A DNA stretch of 64,000 nt from NCBI GenBank assembly GCA_016748015.1, contig JAAOMT010000523.1, forward strand, positions 990,156-1,054,155. Direction: 5' to 3'. The stretch is from Geosiphon pyriformis uo1 (lineage: Eukaryota > Fungi > Glomeromycota). Shown piece by piece: positions 28,297 through 42,290 of this stretch; position 1 is the first letter of the stretch, and the number at the start of each line of letters is the position of its first letter. The notes under the pieces were generated by a model. That model did no database searches, was not told the origin of the DNA, and worked only from the letters and a program-made list of their open reading frames with translations. The position numbers and the translations under genes are program-made.

Positions 28297-30867
28297 CTAA
28301 TAATTAAGTTGATTAGCTCCTTTGTGATGTTGAATATTATAGTCAAATTCATCCAAGTGGAGTATCCAGCAAGTTATCCATTTGTATTCTAGCCTCTTTT
28401 TGTTGCACAGCCAAACCAAAGCTAGGTGATCTGTTATCACCAAAAACTTCACACCAAGAAGATACTTACTTCAGTAACTCGTAAACCATACTACTGTTAA
28501 GCATTCTTGTTCAGTGACTGAATAGTTCTGTTCTGCTGAGGAAAGGGTTCTACTGGTATAGGCTATGGCATATTTTTTGCCATTTTCATCTTTCTGGGAG
28601 AGAACAGCACCAAGTCCAAAGCCAGATGCATCAGTGTAGAGAATAAAGAGTTGATCTAGATCAGGTTGCTTGAGAATGGGTTTTGTAACCAGTTTTTCCT
28701 TTAAAGTTTTAAAGGCTTTTTGCTGATGTGTTCCCCAATGGTAATTGACATTTTTCTTGAGTAGCTGATTGAGAAAAGAGACAATTTTAGAGAAATTCTT
28801 GACAAATTTGCAATAATAAGAGGCCAAAACAAGAAAAAAGCATAGTTCATGAATGTTTATTGGTTGTTTGATGTTTTGGACTTTTTCAACTTTGGCTGGG
28901 TCAGGAAAGATTCCATCTTTTGTAATAAGATGACCAAGGAACTGGGTAGATTGTCTTCCAAAAAAAAATTTGATTGAGTTGATCTTAAGGCCAGCATTTC
29001 TGAGGAGGTCAAAAACCTTTTGCAAATGTTCCAGGTGTTCATCCCAGGTTTTTGAGTATACTATTATGTCGTCCAAATAGACTAGAACAAAGTTTTTCTT
29101 GACTGATTCAAATACTTTATCCATTAAGTGTTGAAAGATGGGAGGGGTGTTGGTGAGACCAAAAGGCATGACTGTGAATTTATAGGTGCCATACTTGGTG
29201 ATGAAGGCAGTTTTCTTTCTGCTTTCTGGATCCATCTCTACTTGCCAGAATCCAACAGTTAAGTCAATGGTTGAAAAGAAAGCAGCATCTTTGAATTGGT
29301 CTAATATTACATCAATCTTGGAAAATAGGTACATGTCTCTTTCAGTGATGGCATTTAATTGGTGGTAGTCAACACAAAAGTGTAGTGTTCCGCCTTTCTT
29401 GAATGCCACTACAACTGGGAAAGCCCATTCACTCTTGGTTTTTTGTATGAATCCAAGTTCTTTCATCTGGTTTATCTTTTTCTTGATAAACTCATCATTG
29501 TGCCGATTGGATTGATAAGGCTTCAAATGGATGGGTCGAGTTTCTCTGGTGGAGATGGTGTATTGTATCACATGAGTACGTCCAGGGGTATCACTTTCTT
29601 TGGAGATAACTGAGCTATTTTTAGCCAGCAAATTTTCAATGTTTATTTTTCTTTCTTCTGGGAAGAGTTCTTTTTGTTCTACAACCAGTAATTAGATCTT
29701 AGGTGGTTCATTCTTAAAAGACTTCTGTACTTCTTTCAATTCTTCTCTGGGTATTAAACTGATTGGTTCCCAATCTTTGTAATAGATCAGGCATGATTTG
29801 CATTCATCACTTGAAAAATACAAGGGTTTGTTGCACCAACACTGGGCACAAGAACCATGCCACCAAAAACTGTATTTGGCTTTCTTGCCAGGTTTTTTTT
29901 CAAAGATTCTTCTAAGAATATCATAATAAGGCCAGCAGATTAGCTTGCTATTTACAATGATTTCTTCTTTGTCTGCTTTAATATTGTCCAGTGGTTTGCC
30001 ATTGCTGGTGAAGATGGTATAGGCGAGTTCAGCAGTTTCTTCTTGCTCTTCTTGTTTTTCTTCTTTATTGCTCTCTTCATCATCTGATTCATCTGATTGT
30101 TCTTCTTCTTGGTTTAGTTTGGGTACTGGGGAAGTTGTCCAATGGCAACACTTAACCACAATGGATTTCTCACCACATCTGATGGTTAATTCACAAAGTT
30201 CATAATCAAGCAAAGCTTTTGCTTTCTTGAGCCATTTATTGCCAACAATAATGGTGTATTCCTTGGCTTCAAAAACTTCCATGTCAGTTTCAATGCTGAT
30301 TTCATTAATGCAGACAGGAACAGCTTTGGCAATACCCAGTCTTTTCTTTTTGTCACCATGTACATTGGTCATTGGTCTGGTGGAAGGTTCATCAATCTTT
30401 TTACTAATTGCTTCCAAGAAGTGTTTGGCAATGACACTAACAGATGATCTACTGTTTAGAATTAAGTCAATGAAGTATCCAGCCACTTGAGCTTTACAAA
30501 TCAGAGGGGTGACATTGTTGTTGTTAGCAAGTTCAGCTTGGCGAGGGTGCTTGTTGGTTTTTGGTGTCTTCTTTTTTGGAATCAAGGATTTGCAAAGATT
30601 CTTTCTGAACTGTGGGTGGGTCATTAACTGGCCAAAGATAATATGTGCTGGGGTTTCTATGAGATCTTTAACAATGGAATAGGATCCAGATTTTTGTACA
30701 ATTTTTGGAAGTTCCAACTTTAGAGGATTCTTAAAAACTTTAGCCTTTGGTGGCTCATTGTTATCAGCAGCAGAAGTTGAGACTTTGTTGGGGTCTAGAA
30801 TGAAATCAACCTTGGCTTTCTTCTTCTTTTTGGTTGGTTCTGAGGTGTTGATTGCTAGTTCATCCAT
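28297..30867 (-). pseudogene. pol (protease, Cys-rich region, RT, RNase H) of B
   Basis: ORFs 29692-30867 and 28471-29631 lie in one frame; FCVDY, MPFGL, YLDD and TDASGFGLGAVL. Confidence 0.92.
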
Positions 30868-30953
30868 GTCATAGTCATTATCAGTTAAGTTAAAAGCGTA
30901 AAAAGAGTTTTCTTCTGGTTGGCTTGCACTCTCACCCTTTGGAGATACACTTA

Positions 30954-32500
30954 CTAGTTTAAAGGCTAATAAACAGTGGCTTTAACTAGGGGATCCTCTC
31001 CAAAGAAATTGATGTTGGCATGATTAGGTCTTTGATTGGGGACATTGTTGTTGTTGTTGGGTCTGTTGTTTTGGTTGTCATTGTTTCTGGAAGCTGGAGG
31101 AGACAGTGAAGGATTGTTACAATCTCTTGAATAATGTTCAGTTAATCCACAATGATAGCACACAGGTGGGCCATGATTTTGCTGTCTTTGATAGGGAGAT
31201 TGCTAGGACTGGTTAAAATAAGGTTCATATCTAGGTTTTGGTGGTTGCTGGTTATCTCTGACTGCTTGTGCCAACAGTTCTAATAACTGGACAAGGTTAG
31301 CTGTGAGTCTATTTATCAATTGTTCATTTGGGTCTTGGGTTTGGGCAGCAAAAGAAGTAGCAGCTACTTGAGAAGCAGGGGCCATAACAGGAGTAGAAGC
31401 AAAAACTGGAAGTGTGGATCCCAGATGCATCCTTTGGTTATCTTCAATTTTTTGGGCGAGTTTAATAGCCATACCTATTGTAGGGTTGTTTTTCAGAACC
31501 AAGAGAGGCCAAAAAGCATAAGATAAGTCAGTTCTCAATCCTTTTGTAAAGGAGTGAATCTTTTGTTCTTCTGTCCAGTTCCTTCCAGAGTTTACTTGCT
31601 TAATTAACTTTCTGATTGCTTTGGCATATTTGGTTACAACTTCACCAGGACCTTGGGTTCTTCTTTCCAGTTCCATGTGCCATTTAGATATTAAGATTGG
31701 GGTTCTGAACTTGTTTTCAAACTGGGTAGTGAAAGAGGTATTGTTTTTTTCTGCATCTGCTAGTGTCCATCTGATAATTCTGTGCTAGACATTGGCATTG
31801 GTTTCTTGTGAAAACCATGTGGCAGAAGAGCCTTAAAAGTAGCCACCAATGATTTGGAACTTGTACTCATCATCATATTGGTTGGCAGTGGCTGCTCTTT
31901 CAAAATTGTCCAACCATTCAATTGGATCTTGTGCATCACCTCTGAATAATGGTAATGGGGTGTTGTTTCTTCACCCCAAAGCAGTTTGTATGCCTTGGAG
32001 GGTGGCTAAGATGTTTGCTTGCATTGAATTTTGGGCCATTGGTTCAGGAGTTACTGTTTGAGTGAAATAATCTGAATCACTTGGAAAAAAATCAAAAATA
32101 AGAGCAGTTTGGTAACTTTCTTCTTTTGTTTCAAAAGAGGTTTCAGCTGATTGATGGGCAGCAATCCAGATGTGAATTTGGTGATTTAAATATTCGAATT
32201 CAGAAGGTTGTTGTTTAAAGATTGCTGAGTATAAGAGCTGATTGATATTGTTGTTTCTTTCTTCAAAGTTGTTTTTAAAGTAAGCTTGGTCAAAGTAATA
32301 GATTGTGTAGGCTGTGTAGGTTTTAGCTGAATGCTCATTCAGGAACCAGTTCCAAAAGTCTTGAAATTGTCTACTAGATTGTTTTTCAAGAAGGAAGCAA
32401 ATCAAGCAGGATGGCAAAAAATTGAGTTCAATAAAGTCTAGATCGTTTTTGTTGTGTGCTTCAAAGTGTTCTGCTGATTGTTATGGTAGGTATGAATAAT
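30954..32500 (-). pseudogene. gag of B
   Basis: ORFs 31971-32417, 31203-31676 and 30966-31163 lie in one frame; QGPGE-V-Y MHR-like motif and CCHC knuckle. Confidence 0.85.
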
Positions 32501-32536
32501 CACCCATACAATAAGGAAACAAGTGGATTTTAACAA

Positions 32537-32553
32537 CCTCACAGGGAGCACCA
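32537..32553 (-). other. Primer-binding site of B
   Basis: TGGTGCTCCCTGTGAGG 6 nt downstream of the LTR end. Confidence 0.75.
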
Positions 32554-32559
32554 CTTTTA

Positions 32560-33297
32560 TGTTACAGATTGAAATAATAAGCTAATGGATAGTAAGAGAG
32601 AACAAGATTGTAAGGTGATGGAAATAATCAAAGGGGATTTAACTTCAATGAGCAAATTGAATGAGTATGGATTCAATGTGCGAGATCAGTCTCATAAAAT
32701 ATCTCAGTTGCTATTCTTTTCAAAGGTAACTGGGGAATCTGAAGGTAGAGAGATAGTTTGTACTATCAACAATTGATCACCACTGGTATAATTCTATGCC
32801 TCACATCGGTGCTCTTAGAATTCAATATCAGGTATCAACTTGTGCTTTTCAGTTATATTTATTCAAATAATCTTCAAATGCTACAATTATATACATTAGG
32901 AAAAGGCCAACAAGTAATCTTTTATCCTAAGATGTTCAGATACTTGAAGGTAGAGAAAGAAAAATTAGCAATAAGAGAGTAATTGAGATAAAAGTTGTTA
33001 TTTTTATTTATTTGATTCTTGTTTGAGAGATGATTTTTTACAGCTAAGAGACTCATTGCTTATATAGCTATTGAAAGTAGTCAATGACCAGGTCAATGAC
33101 TAGGTCAATGATCAGGTCAATGATCAAGTCAATGATCAGGTCATTGATCAGGTCAATAATTAGGTCAATGATCAGGTCAATGGTCAGGTCATTGATCAGG
33201 TCAATAATTATTATCTAAAAATAGAGTGGCTAATTATATAACATCAGTAACTAATACATGTGATAACTAATAAAAATTATGAGTTTCAACCATAACA
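32560..33297 (-). repeat. 5' LTR of B
   Basis: TGTTATGGTTG...TCTGTAACA; homologous to the solo LTR at 12041-12686. Confidence 0.92.
33080..33211. repeat. About 11 x 12-bp tandem repeat (GTCAATGATCAG) inside the B LTR
   Basis: Direct reading of units in register. Confidence 0.92.
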
Positions 33298-34920
33298 ATA
33301 TAAAGTCTAATTTAATAAATTACACCATAATTGGCTTTTATATATATTTAATAAAAACACTTTACAAATAATTTTTAATAATTTTGTACAAATAACTTTA
33401 TGATTCAAATTATTTTAGTATTTTTTATTATTATTATTTAATAAATGCAGCCCAATTATTAATTATTAATATACAGTCAAATAAGACTTTAAAATAAGTG
33501 TGACTCATGCTTTTTTTATATATGACCAGTCATTTAAACCATTATATATTTATATTGTAGGTAGTACAAACATTATAATCAAAATTAGCCAATATTATTA
33601 TAATTATTACAAAATCTTACTATGTAAGGATTCAAATTAAAGCTATTAAAAAACAAATCTACAACAAAATACATTAGTAAACTATCTTTAACTAATAAGT
33701 CATAAAATTCATAAAATGCACATAAATTTATAATTGATAGCCAAAAATTCAACCTGTAATAAGCAACTACTTTACACATAAACAAAACAATACATATACC
33801 ACTATCTTTAAGATTACCAAACACTTTTACTGTTTCAGAAAACCAACTATTTAACACAAAATTTTTGGTCACTGTTATATAAAGTTGGCTATTGATAATC
33901 ATATTGTGTAATAATTAGATAACCAGAAAGTTTGCAGCCAAATAATCAGTAATACATACTCATTCAGTAATGGCACAAAAAACAATGTTTTTCCTAATAG
34001 CCAGATCAACATTATACAAAAAAATATGGTCTAAATCTTTAACCAACTTATAATACAAACAAGTGACATTTGAATATGAAGAATTATACACTCTTTTTCT
34101 TGTTACAATTAGTAAATGCTCATATAAAGCTTTTATAAAATAGGAATAAAAGACAACAGATACCAAGTTCATTAAGTCATCATACATATGTTTATTTAAA
34201 TGCCATACTGATATTGTTCTTACCAGATTAAAATTTCAAACTAAAGACTTTTCCAAAAATCTGTTAGCACAATGAAATTTTCAACCAGCATAACTAATAG
34301 CATCAAACAGTCTCCTAACTATATAACACCTATTCTCAGAAACCAGCCTAATCTTTGTCATCCAATAGCATTTATGAACATTATAATATAGAATATAAAA
34401 AGAATTTGTAGCAACTTTAGTAAAAAAATTGGCATTTACATTGCCAACCACTTCAGAATAATTTTTAATCTTATTTCAATATACTAAAAGAGTCTTGTTT
34501 TTAATTATATTGTGAATATGACTACATTCAATTCAGCAACTGTTGTAAAAATTAAGACTTAAGACATCTATTCCAAAACTATATATATTTAGAAAATTTT
34601 GACTGTCTAAATACAATACTATTAAATTCAATAGTAAAACACAATTCAAAGCAAGAGCTATAGCTTGCAACTTAGCCAAAATATATAAAAGCATATTATG
34701 TATACCAATTTTTATACCAAGATTCAAATCTAAAAAATAGACAACAACACCAGTAACAGCACCATAAAAGCCAAGATTTTTAACTAAACTCTCTGTATAA
34801 ACATTAATAATATTCAACCTAACTTCTATCAGACACTTTTTAACAATATTATAATCATTTAAATTACACTATTGTAGATAAAGACAACCAGAAATGTTTT
34901 AAACACATTGGTTTATAAGA
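33298..34920 (-). mobile_element. Degenerate 3' fragment of a LINE (RNase H plus C-terminal Cys/His domain)
   Basis: VYTESL...AKLQAIALAL...LDSQ (RNase H) and KALYEHL...RKRVY...CLYY...DHIF (decayed zinc domain); similar to 63870-64000. Confidence 0.75.
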
Positions 34921-37900
34921 CTTTTACTCTTAATAAATACGAATAACAAAGCTAAATCAAGCAGATTACTCTATTGGTAAAAAAGTTCAAAAAATAGTAT
35001 TTTGCATCTTATATAATTTATATAACTTTTTTTGTCAATTTTAAAAAGATTTTCTTAGCTGTAGTATCTATATGTATAATGATTATTATCAAAAGCATTA
35101 CAGAGAAAGTTTTATTTTTTACATGTTTTACATATTTTTTTTTCTATATTATTTCTATTTTTAACTGCTATTATTATAATGAATACTTAAAACAAGCTAA
35201 TGACTTAATTTTTATATAAAAAAATTAATTTAATATCATAAGATTTTAGAGAATTTTATTAATTGATCTTAGTCAAAAAGCTTAAAAGAATTAAAGAAAG
35301 CTTTTTTAGAAAGTTTAAATCTAAATATTTTATTTTAAAAAGAAATTAACTAATTCAATTAAATATATTGAATCTTTTTTTTAAATTAAATTAAACATAT
35401 TTAACAATTATTTGAAAATCCAAATGGTTTTAATTATAATTTAAAATTAATAAAATATAATATTTTAATAAAAAAATTGAAAATTAAACATTTTTTTCAT
35501 TTTAAAAACAATTATATTATAATAAAAACAAAAGAAAAATTAAAAAAACATGTAAATAAAATTATTAATAATGTTACAATATTAAAAAATTTTTAGATAA
35601 AATAAAATATAAATAACTAGTAAAAATTGATTATTAGATTAATTATTAGCTGAAAAACAAATTAAATTAGATATTAATAAATATTTTTTTTAAAAATTAA
35701 TTTTTTGTTTTGATTACAAAAAACCCAAAATAATAATAATAATAATAATCTTTTTTTGGTTAATTAAAAATTTTATTTAAAAAAAAACAAGATTTATTAA
35801 AATTATAGTGTTTAAAGATTTCTAAATAAATAAAATTAATTAAGTTGAAAAAAATCAAATCGGTTCAATTTATACATATTAAAATGAAAAAACAATTGAA
35901 AATTTATAATTATGCAAATTTTCACAATTTTTTATTGATTTAATTAATTATTAAAAACATTACATTAAAGATTTAATCAAATATTTTTGAAATAAAAGAT
36001 TAAATAATATTTAAAGTTTGAATTTAAACACCAAATAAAGTTTAATTCTTCCATATATTTTTTTTATCAAAATTAAGAGCAAAAAATTTTTAGACTTTTG
36101 TATGGTTTAAAATTTTTAATTTTTATAAAAAATTGTTCTAAATCAAGTTTCATTTAAAAATATATGAAAAATAATCAAAGTTTCTACATAAAAATATTAT
36201 AAGTTTAATAGATTATTTGATAAAATTGATATTAATATCTAAAAATTTTTGATTTTAATTTCATATAGAATTAATGCTTAACTTTTAATTAATCAAATCA
36301 AATATACAAATAACAAAATTTATTGGTATTTATTATATAACTTTGGTATTTAACAATAGCAAAATCATTATGTTAATTCAAGTTTAATATTAAAATTAAT
36401 AAACATAATATTTTTAAGATTAAAAAAATTAATGAATATTTAAAATAGTAATAATACAAGTATATTGCTTATCCTAAAGATGACAATAATACTAACAATC
36501 TTAAAATTACACCTGATTATTTTTAATAATAAAAGATATTTTGTCTTGGTTTAATTTAATTTTTAATTGAAAATTCGAAATATATGTACAAATAGGTTGC
36601 CAAAAAAAATTGGTGAAAACAAATTTTAACTAATAAAAATGCCCAAGAAAAAGAATATGTTTGTTAAGTATTTGTATTAAAAATTGTTTTAAGTAATTAG
36701 AATTAATAATTATTTAAGAAGAAGTATTCAACCAAAAAGAATTAAAAACATGTTATTTAGACAAAAATCTTGTCTAAGTAATAATTCATAAAGAAAATTT
36801 TATATATAATATCATAAAAGTGGGCTTTACAATTCTGATCATATATAAACAAATATTAAAAGTGGATGCAAATAGACATGTACTTTTTACTTTAGTATCA
36901 TAAGTGAAACATATAGAAACCAATAATTATGACCACCAAAGAAGAATATTTCAAAAAATAATGTCTCAATTCACAAGTATAAGCTTGTAAAACTCCAAAA
37001 TAACCTTAAAATTGTAACTTTAGAATGAATTACTATAGTTTTTATCTCATGAGATAACTACTAGATTTCGTAAATATACTGTTTTTCTATTTGGTATTTT
37101 ATATTTATCTTAATAAAGATAATCCTAGAGGTGATTATGTATTGTTTAATCAAGTATCAAGTTATATGTATAGTTATATATCAAAAAATTATTAGTAAAA
37201 CTGGCATAGCCAATCTTGATTGGATAATTATTATTTATATACTTCTTTTACTAATTATTAATAATTACTTATCTTCTTTTCTACACTTTTTTTTTTCTTC
37301 TAAAAATAATAACAGTTTATTAAATAGAGTTGTTTTTGTTCTTTGTCTAAAACAATATATTAAATACATTTTTTCTTATTTCATGTTTTTTTCACTATTA
37401 GAATTACCATATATTCTAGATTTTTATAAAAAAAAATTAAGCAAGCAATAAACATATCAAGTAGTAAGCAAAATGAACCAATCTATTTAAAACAGAACAT
37501 GTGAAAGAAGTTATAATAACATGCCAAGAAGATGAAAATCGAGATTTTTTACAATTTAGTTAAAGTAAGTTAAATTATATAATTAGTATTTTTTAGTGAG
37601 TTCAAGATATATTGTATATATTATTCAACAGTTAAACTTGAAGTATAAAAACAATCATTTGTCTTATGAGACAAAGTCTAGGGCTTATTGAACTCTCTCT
37701 TGTAAAGTTTTACTTTATATATTTTATATTCAAAAATGAGTTACCAAATTATTATTGCCCTTTAGTAAAAAAAAAAATCCAATACACTTTCTAAAACCTT
37801 TAAGTTATCTATAGAATAATAATTTTTTTGCATATATTCTTTTTATTCTACTTAAAATCTATAATTTCTTAAAATTTATTATCTTTCTAATATTTACATA

Positions 37901-37931
37901 TTTTCATATCTATTATATATTTTTTTTTTAG

Positions 37932-39290
37932 CACAGAACACAAGTGGAGATTTGCAAACTTACAAAAGAAAAAATCTGTAATTATATTCAGTCATGTTGG
38001 GTTTCTGAAAACTTTGACTCTAATAATCTTAAATTAGCCAATATATTATAATTATTCACATTATATATTTCAAGGTCTACATTTATTAAAAAACTTTTAG
38101 AAAATAAATTTCAAAAACATATTACTAAAATAAATTCAATTGATTTAATTTACTATGACAATAAAGAATTCTCAGTCTTTACTTAATATTTAAAGCTGTT
38201 AGAGTGTAAAATTTTATATATTAAAAACTCTTTAGATCAAACTTCTTTAGAACTGTAAAAAAAGTTTGAACAATGAGCAGATTTTGAAAAAACTAAAAAA
38301 TTTCAATATGATTGCTATTACTTATGGAAAAAAACAAAGCACACATATAAACTATATATAAAAGTCCAAAAAAATCTTACAGAGCTTTATAATATTCTAA
38401 ATGTATTTCTATGTCATTTAAACAATAAACTTTTTATAGCAAATAAAACAACTAAAAAAGTTGTGAATAATGTTTATTTAGATAGTTACAAGTATGTTTC
38501 TAAACTTAAGTGTCTTAAAAATGCAATTGGTGAAATGATAATAGATTTTTTTGATCTCAACAACCACTTGACCATAAAAACTGCACAAGTGATAGTATAT
38601 CAATATTATAAACACAATTTTATTGAGTTTTTTCATTAATTAAACCAATTTATTAAGAATTTAATAGAACATTTTAGTTGTTTTACTAATAATAACAATA
38701 TACTATATGTTACTTTAAATACTGCTTTTACACATTTCCAGAAGTATTATAAGTGTGTTCAGAATTTGATTCAAGAACTTCAGCCACTTTTTGATACAGT
38801 AAATAATTATCTTAACAATATATATCTGGTATTATATGCTAAAATGAAAAAATTTAACTTAGATTCTAACACTCCTAAATTTTTTGGTATCTGCCAATTT
38901 TATCAAGATTTAAAAGATTATTGTAATATACTTTGTATTATTTGCCCTTTTAGAACATTTAAGAGTAAATATCTAGCATTTTTTGAATTAAAATTGGCAG
39001 TTATAGTGAAACAAGAACAGACAATCACTTTTTGGTCATGTTATTTAGTTTATGAAAACTTTCTAATAATAGCTAGATTAAGACATAATATTGTCTTTTA
39101 TATTTATAATACTATTATAAAACAAAAATAAAAATTTGGCTTTTTTTTTGATAATAGAAATTTAGATATATTAGAGATTCTAGATAATAATTACTTGATT
39201 GTGAATAATATTAAAAAGCACAACAGTAAACTGCTAAATATTTTCCTTTTAAGTTGGGTTTTCAAAAATCTACAATGAAATTAAAAACCA
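37932..39290 (+). pseudogene. Decayed 2OG-Fe(II) dioxygenase, TET/JBP-like
   Basis: ORF 38766-39131 CQFYQDLKDYCN...LVYENF...RHNIVFY reverts largely by T>C/A>G changes to HRD...GGxL-FPEL...VHGN...RHSxVF. Confidence 0.65.
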
Positions 39291-41368
39291 TAGGTAAAAT
39301 TATTTTGGTAAGTATAATAAATTAGTTTATTGAAATATTATAATAAAATACATAGTATTAATCTATATTTTTTATTAAAAATCTGAAACCAGTAAGGCAA
39401 AAATTATCAATGCAATATAAAAATAATGTTTTTATAATAAGAAGTTATTGCTGTATAGACTTAAGATAACTATATAAATGCATTTTAATCTGAAATTTAA
39501 ATCAATTGCTATATCTAAAAAAATCAATTAACTATATTTCAAATATCTGAAACAAAATATATAGATTTTCTCAAATTTATAAACATTAATTGTTTTAAAA
39601 CAAAACTATATTTCTAAATACTATTAAAATCAATTATTTTTTTTATTAATTTTTATTTGAAATCTTTATATGTAAATTAATAAGTTATTTTATAAATGCC
39701 AATTAATTGTAAATTCATAATATTGCTTTGGGTTTTATTTTTTGTTTAATGTATTTAAGTAACAGTGATTAAGTTTTAATTCACAGATTTGTTAGAACTA
39801 TTTGTTTAAGCAAAAAAATAATATAAAATTTATTTAATATCTTTGAGTATTAAAACAACTTAGATTATTTATAGTTAAACAACAATAGTTCAAGAAAAAA
39901 AAAATATGAAAGAAAAAACTGATTATTGTGATTTACATTTGGAAATCTTAAAATTTTTAATCTAATAAAGATTATCTAGAATATACTATATAAATATAAT
40001 TTTATTGTAAGTTTTAAAAAATTATAATGTCCAATAACATATCTATAAAGTTATTTAAATTTTTGTTTTTATCTTTATAAAGTTCAATATAAACATATGT
40101 GCACAGATTTAATAGTATTATTTACAATTAAAATATTTTTTTTGGCCAAACTTGCAATAGTAATTTTATTACTTTTTTTAAAAATGTAATGTCTCTCACA
40201 AAATCTTAAACAAAATTGAAATTTTTTATTTTAATATCTTTTTCATAAATTAAATGTTATAAAATTAATATTCAAAGCAAAAAATTTCTAACACTAATAT
40301 TAAATAAATTCTTTAAATAAGAGACAGCAATAAAAATATAGCTATTTACAAAAAAATATATTGTTTTCTTTAAGTTTTGAATCTTGATTAATAAAATTTT
40401 TTTTTCAAATTATTTTGCTAAGTTTTTAACAAGTATTTCAAACTTTTTAATTTTGCCAGCTGTCTTTTTCAAACTGCTTTTTTTTAATATACTTTATTAA
40501 ACATTGCTTTACTATTCAATATTGCAATTTTTTTCTTGCTACTACCAGAATTTTGAACATATTTAGCATTCTTTGACTTTCTATACTTATTTAAATTATT
40601 TAATAAAACTGGTTTTTGGCTTTTTTTTGCCATTTTTTTACTATTACTATTACTGCTACTAACAAAAAATTCTTAAACAAAAAAGTCAAAAATATTTAAT
40701 TTAAACAATATTGAGAAACAAAATTATAAGTTTACTTATAAATTAGAGAACTTTAACCAATAGTATAAAATTTAGTAACTTCTTGGATTTTGGTAATTCA
40801 GGAATTAATAAAAAAAACAAGTGATATTTTTAATAATTTATATAAATTTAAAAATTAATAATTTGATTTATTATAACAACCAAATGTATTCCAAGTTCAA
40901 TTTAAACATTAAAATTATTGCTAGAAAGACCATTAAATCAGTTTCTTAATTTTAGTTTCTTTAAATATATTTTAAAACTTAATCTTAAAAAAAATTATTA
41001 TTTAATATTCATTTTTTTGTTTTCTAAATCAATCTTTTTTAAGGTTGGCAAAAAACCTAATGGTTAGCCAAAATTATATTTAAAGATAAATTATTATTTA
41101 TATTTTTATAAAATCAGAAAAATGATTAATAAATTTTAATATAAACTTTTTCAGAATTATATAGCCAAAACTTATTATTCTAAAAATTTGAATTGAACCA
41201 AATTTTCAGAAACAAATACATTTACTTATTATTGGCCCAATAGTTTATTTATTATTTGTAATTATCTTATAATGCTATTTAGAAATATTATCAAGTGTAA
41301 AATAGTTTTTCAAAATAACATAGAAGTAAAGTTTTTAATGTACAGTTTCATTTAAAATTTTTAATATA

Positions 41369-42290
41369 CAGTGTAAAACAAAAAAACTAATTTGATTTAA
41401 CCAATTTTAGTTAAATTGTAGCAAAACTTGGAAAAATAAATGGAAAAAAAAATGGCCAAATAATGAATTTTTTGTGCATTTACTAATTATTTTGTTTTAA
41501 AATTCTTTTACAAAATGCTTCCATCCAAGCAAAAAATATGGCAACAAACTTTATTATATTTCTGAAATAACAACATATAAAATACAAATAGAATACAACA
41601 GAAAACAAAAACTTTAACAACAAATTTGTCAAAAATTGATATAAATATATTTTACAAAACAACAAAAAAATATTTAAAATTTCTTAAAAATTAAAAAAAA
41701 ACTTTATTTTAATAATCACAATGCTTATAAATAAGCATAAAAAAAACTGTATAGAATATGCTTACTAATATTTAAATAACAATAAAAACTGAAATGTTTT
41801 TACAAATAAAATAGTATTTTGTTTGTTTAAGAACACATTAAAACATTAATATAAAAGTTTGTAACCAATTTGGCTATATCAAAAGACTGAAGAAAACCTA
41901 ATTTATTTTGTTTACTGGTATAATAAATGGTGAATTTTATATTGAAATTTTCACATCAATTTTTCTAAAATTAAAAAAAATACTAGAATATAAATAGAGG
42001 TTTTAGCAAAATAATAATTCAAAGCACAAATGTAAATTGCTCAGACATTTATTGCTGAAAATATCTACAATGTTATTGATTAGCTTGCCAATTTACCTAA
42101 CTTAAATTCAATTGAAAACTTATGGGCTATTGTTAAAAAAAAAGATACCATAAGATCTAAACTAGTTAATGCTATTTATAGAAATAACATTGTGTGAGAT
42201 AATAATCGTGAATAATAGTGTACTAATTATTTTTTATTAGTTAAAATGTAATAACCATTTTTCTAAATAAGGTTTTTTTGTCTCACATTG
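41369..42290 (+). mobile_element. Tc1/mariner DNA transposon relic with 20-bp TIRs and TA TSD
   Basis: TA-CAGTGTAAAACAAAAAAACT ... GGTTTTTTTGTCTCACATTG-TA; decayed FTDE, WRFQQDNDPKH and WPANSPDLNPIENLW motifs at about 41800-42130. Confidence 0.85.

Larger units (their letters stand above)
26790..33297 (-). mobile_element. Family B Gypsy element (5' LTR, PBS, gag, PR, RT, RH, IN, start of ORF3; 3' end lost)
   Basis: LTR 32560-33297, PBS, zinc knuckle CYHCGLTEHYSRDC, protease LILNSRS, RT YLDD and IN ERFNRTL; no dUTPase. Confidence 0.93.

Noticed and set aside
33090-33205. AGGTCA nuclear-receptor response elements
   Set aside because: The context looks fungal, and the motif is a by-product of the 12-bp unit.
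33080-33211. Repeat arrays as CRISPR (also 2771-2950, 45300-45470 and 53470-53590)
   Set aside because: No unique spacers and no cas genes; all lie inside LTRs.
35000-37450. Genes in the extremely AT-rich tract, including ORF 37131-37451
   Set aside because: Low-complexity I/L/F/Y/N translations with no recognisable motif.
39400-41340. KDZ or other transposase next to the dioxygenase relic
   Set aside because: Coding-like remnants are visible, but no diagnostic motif could be read.
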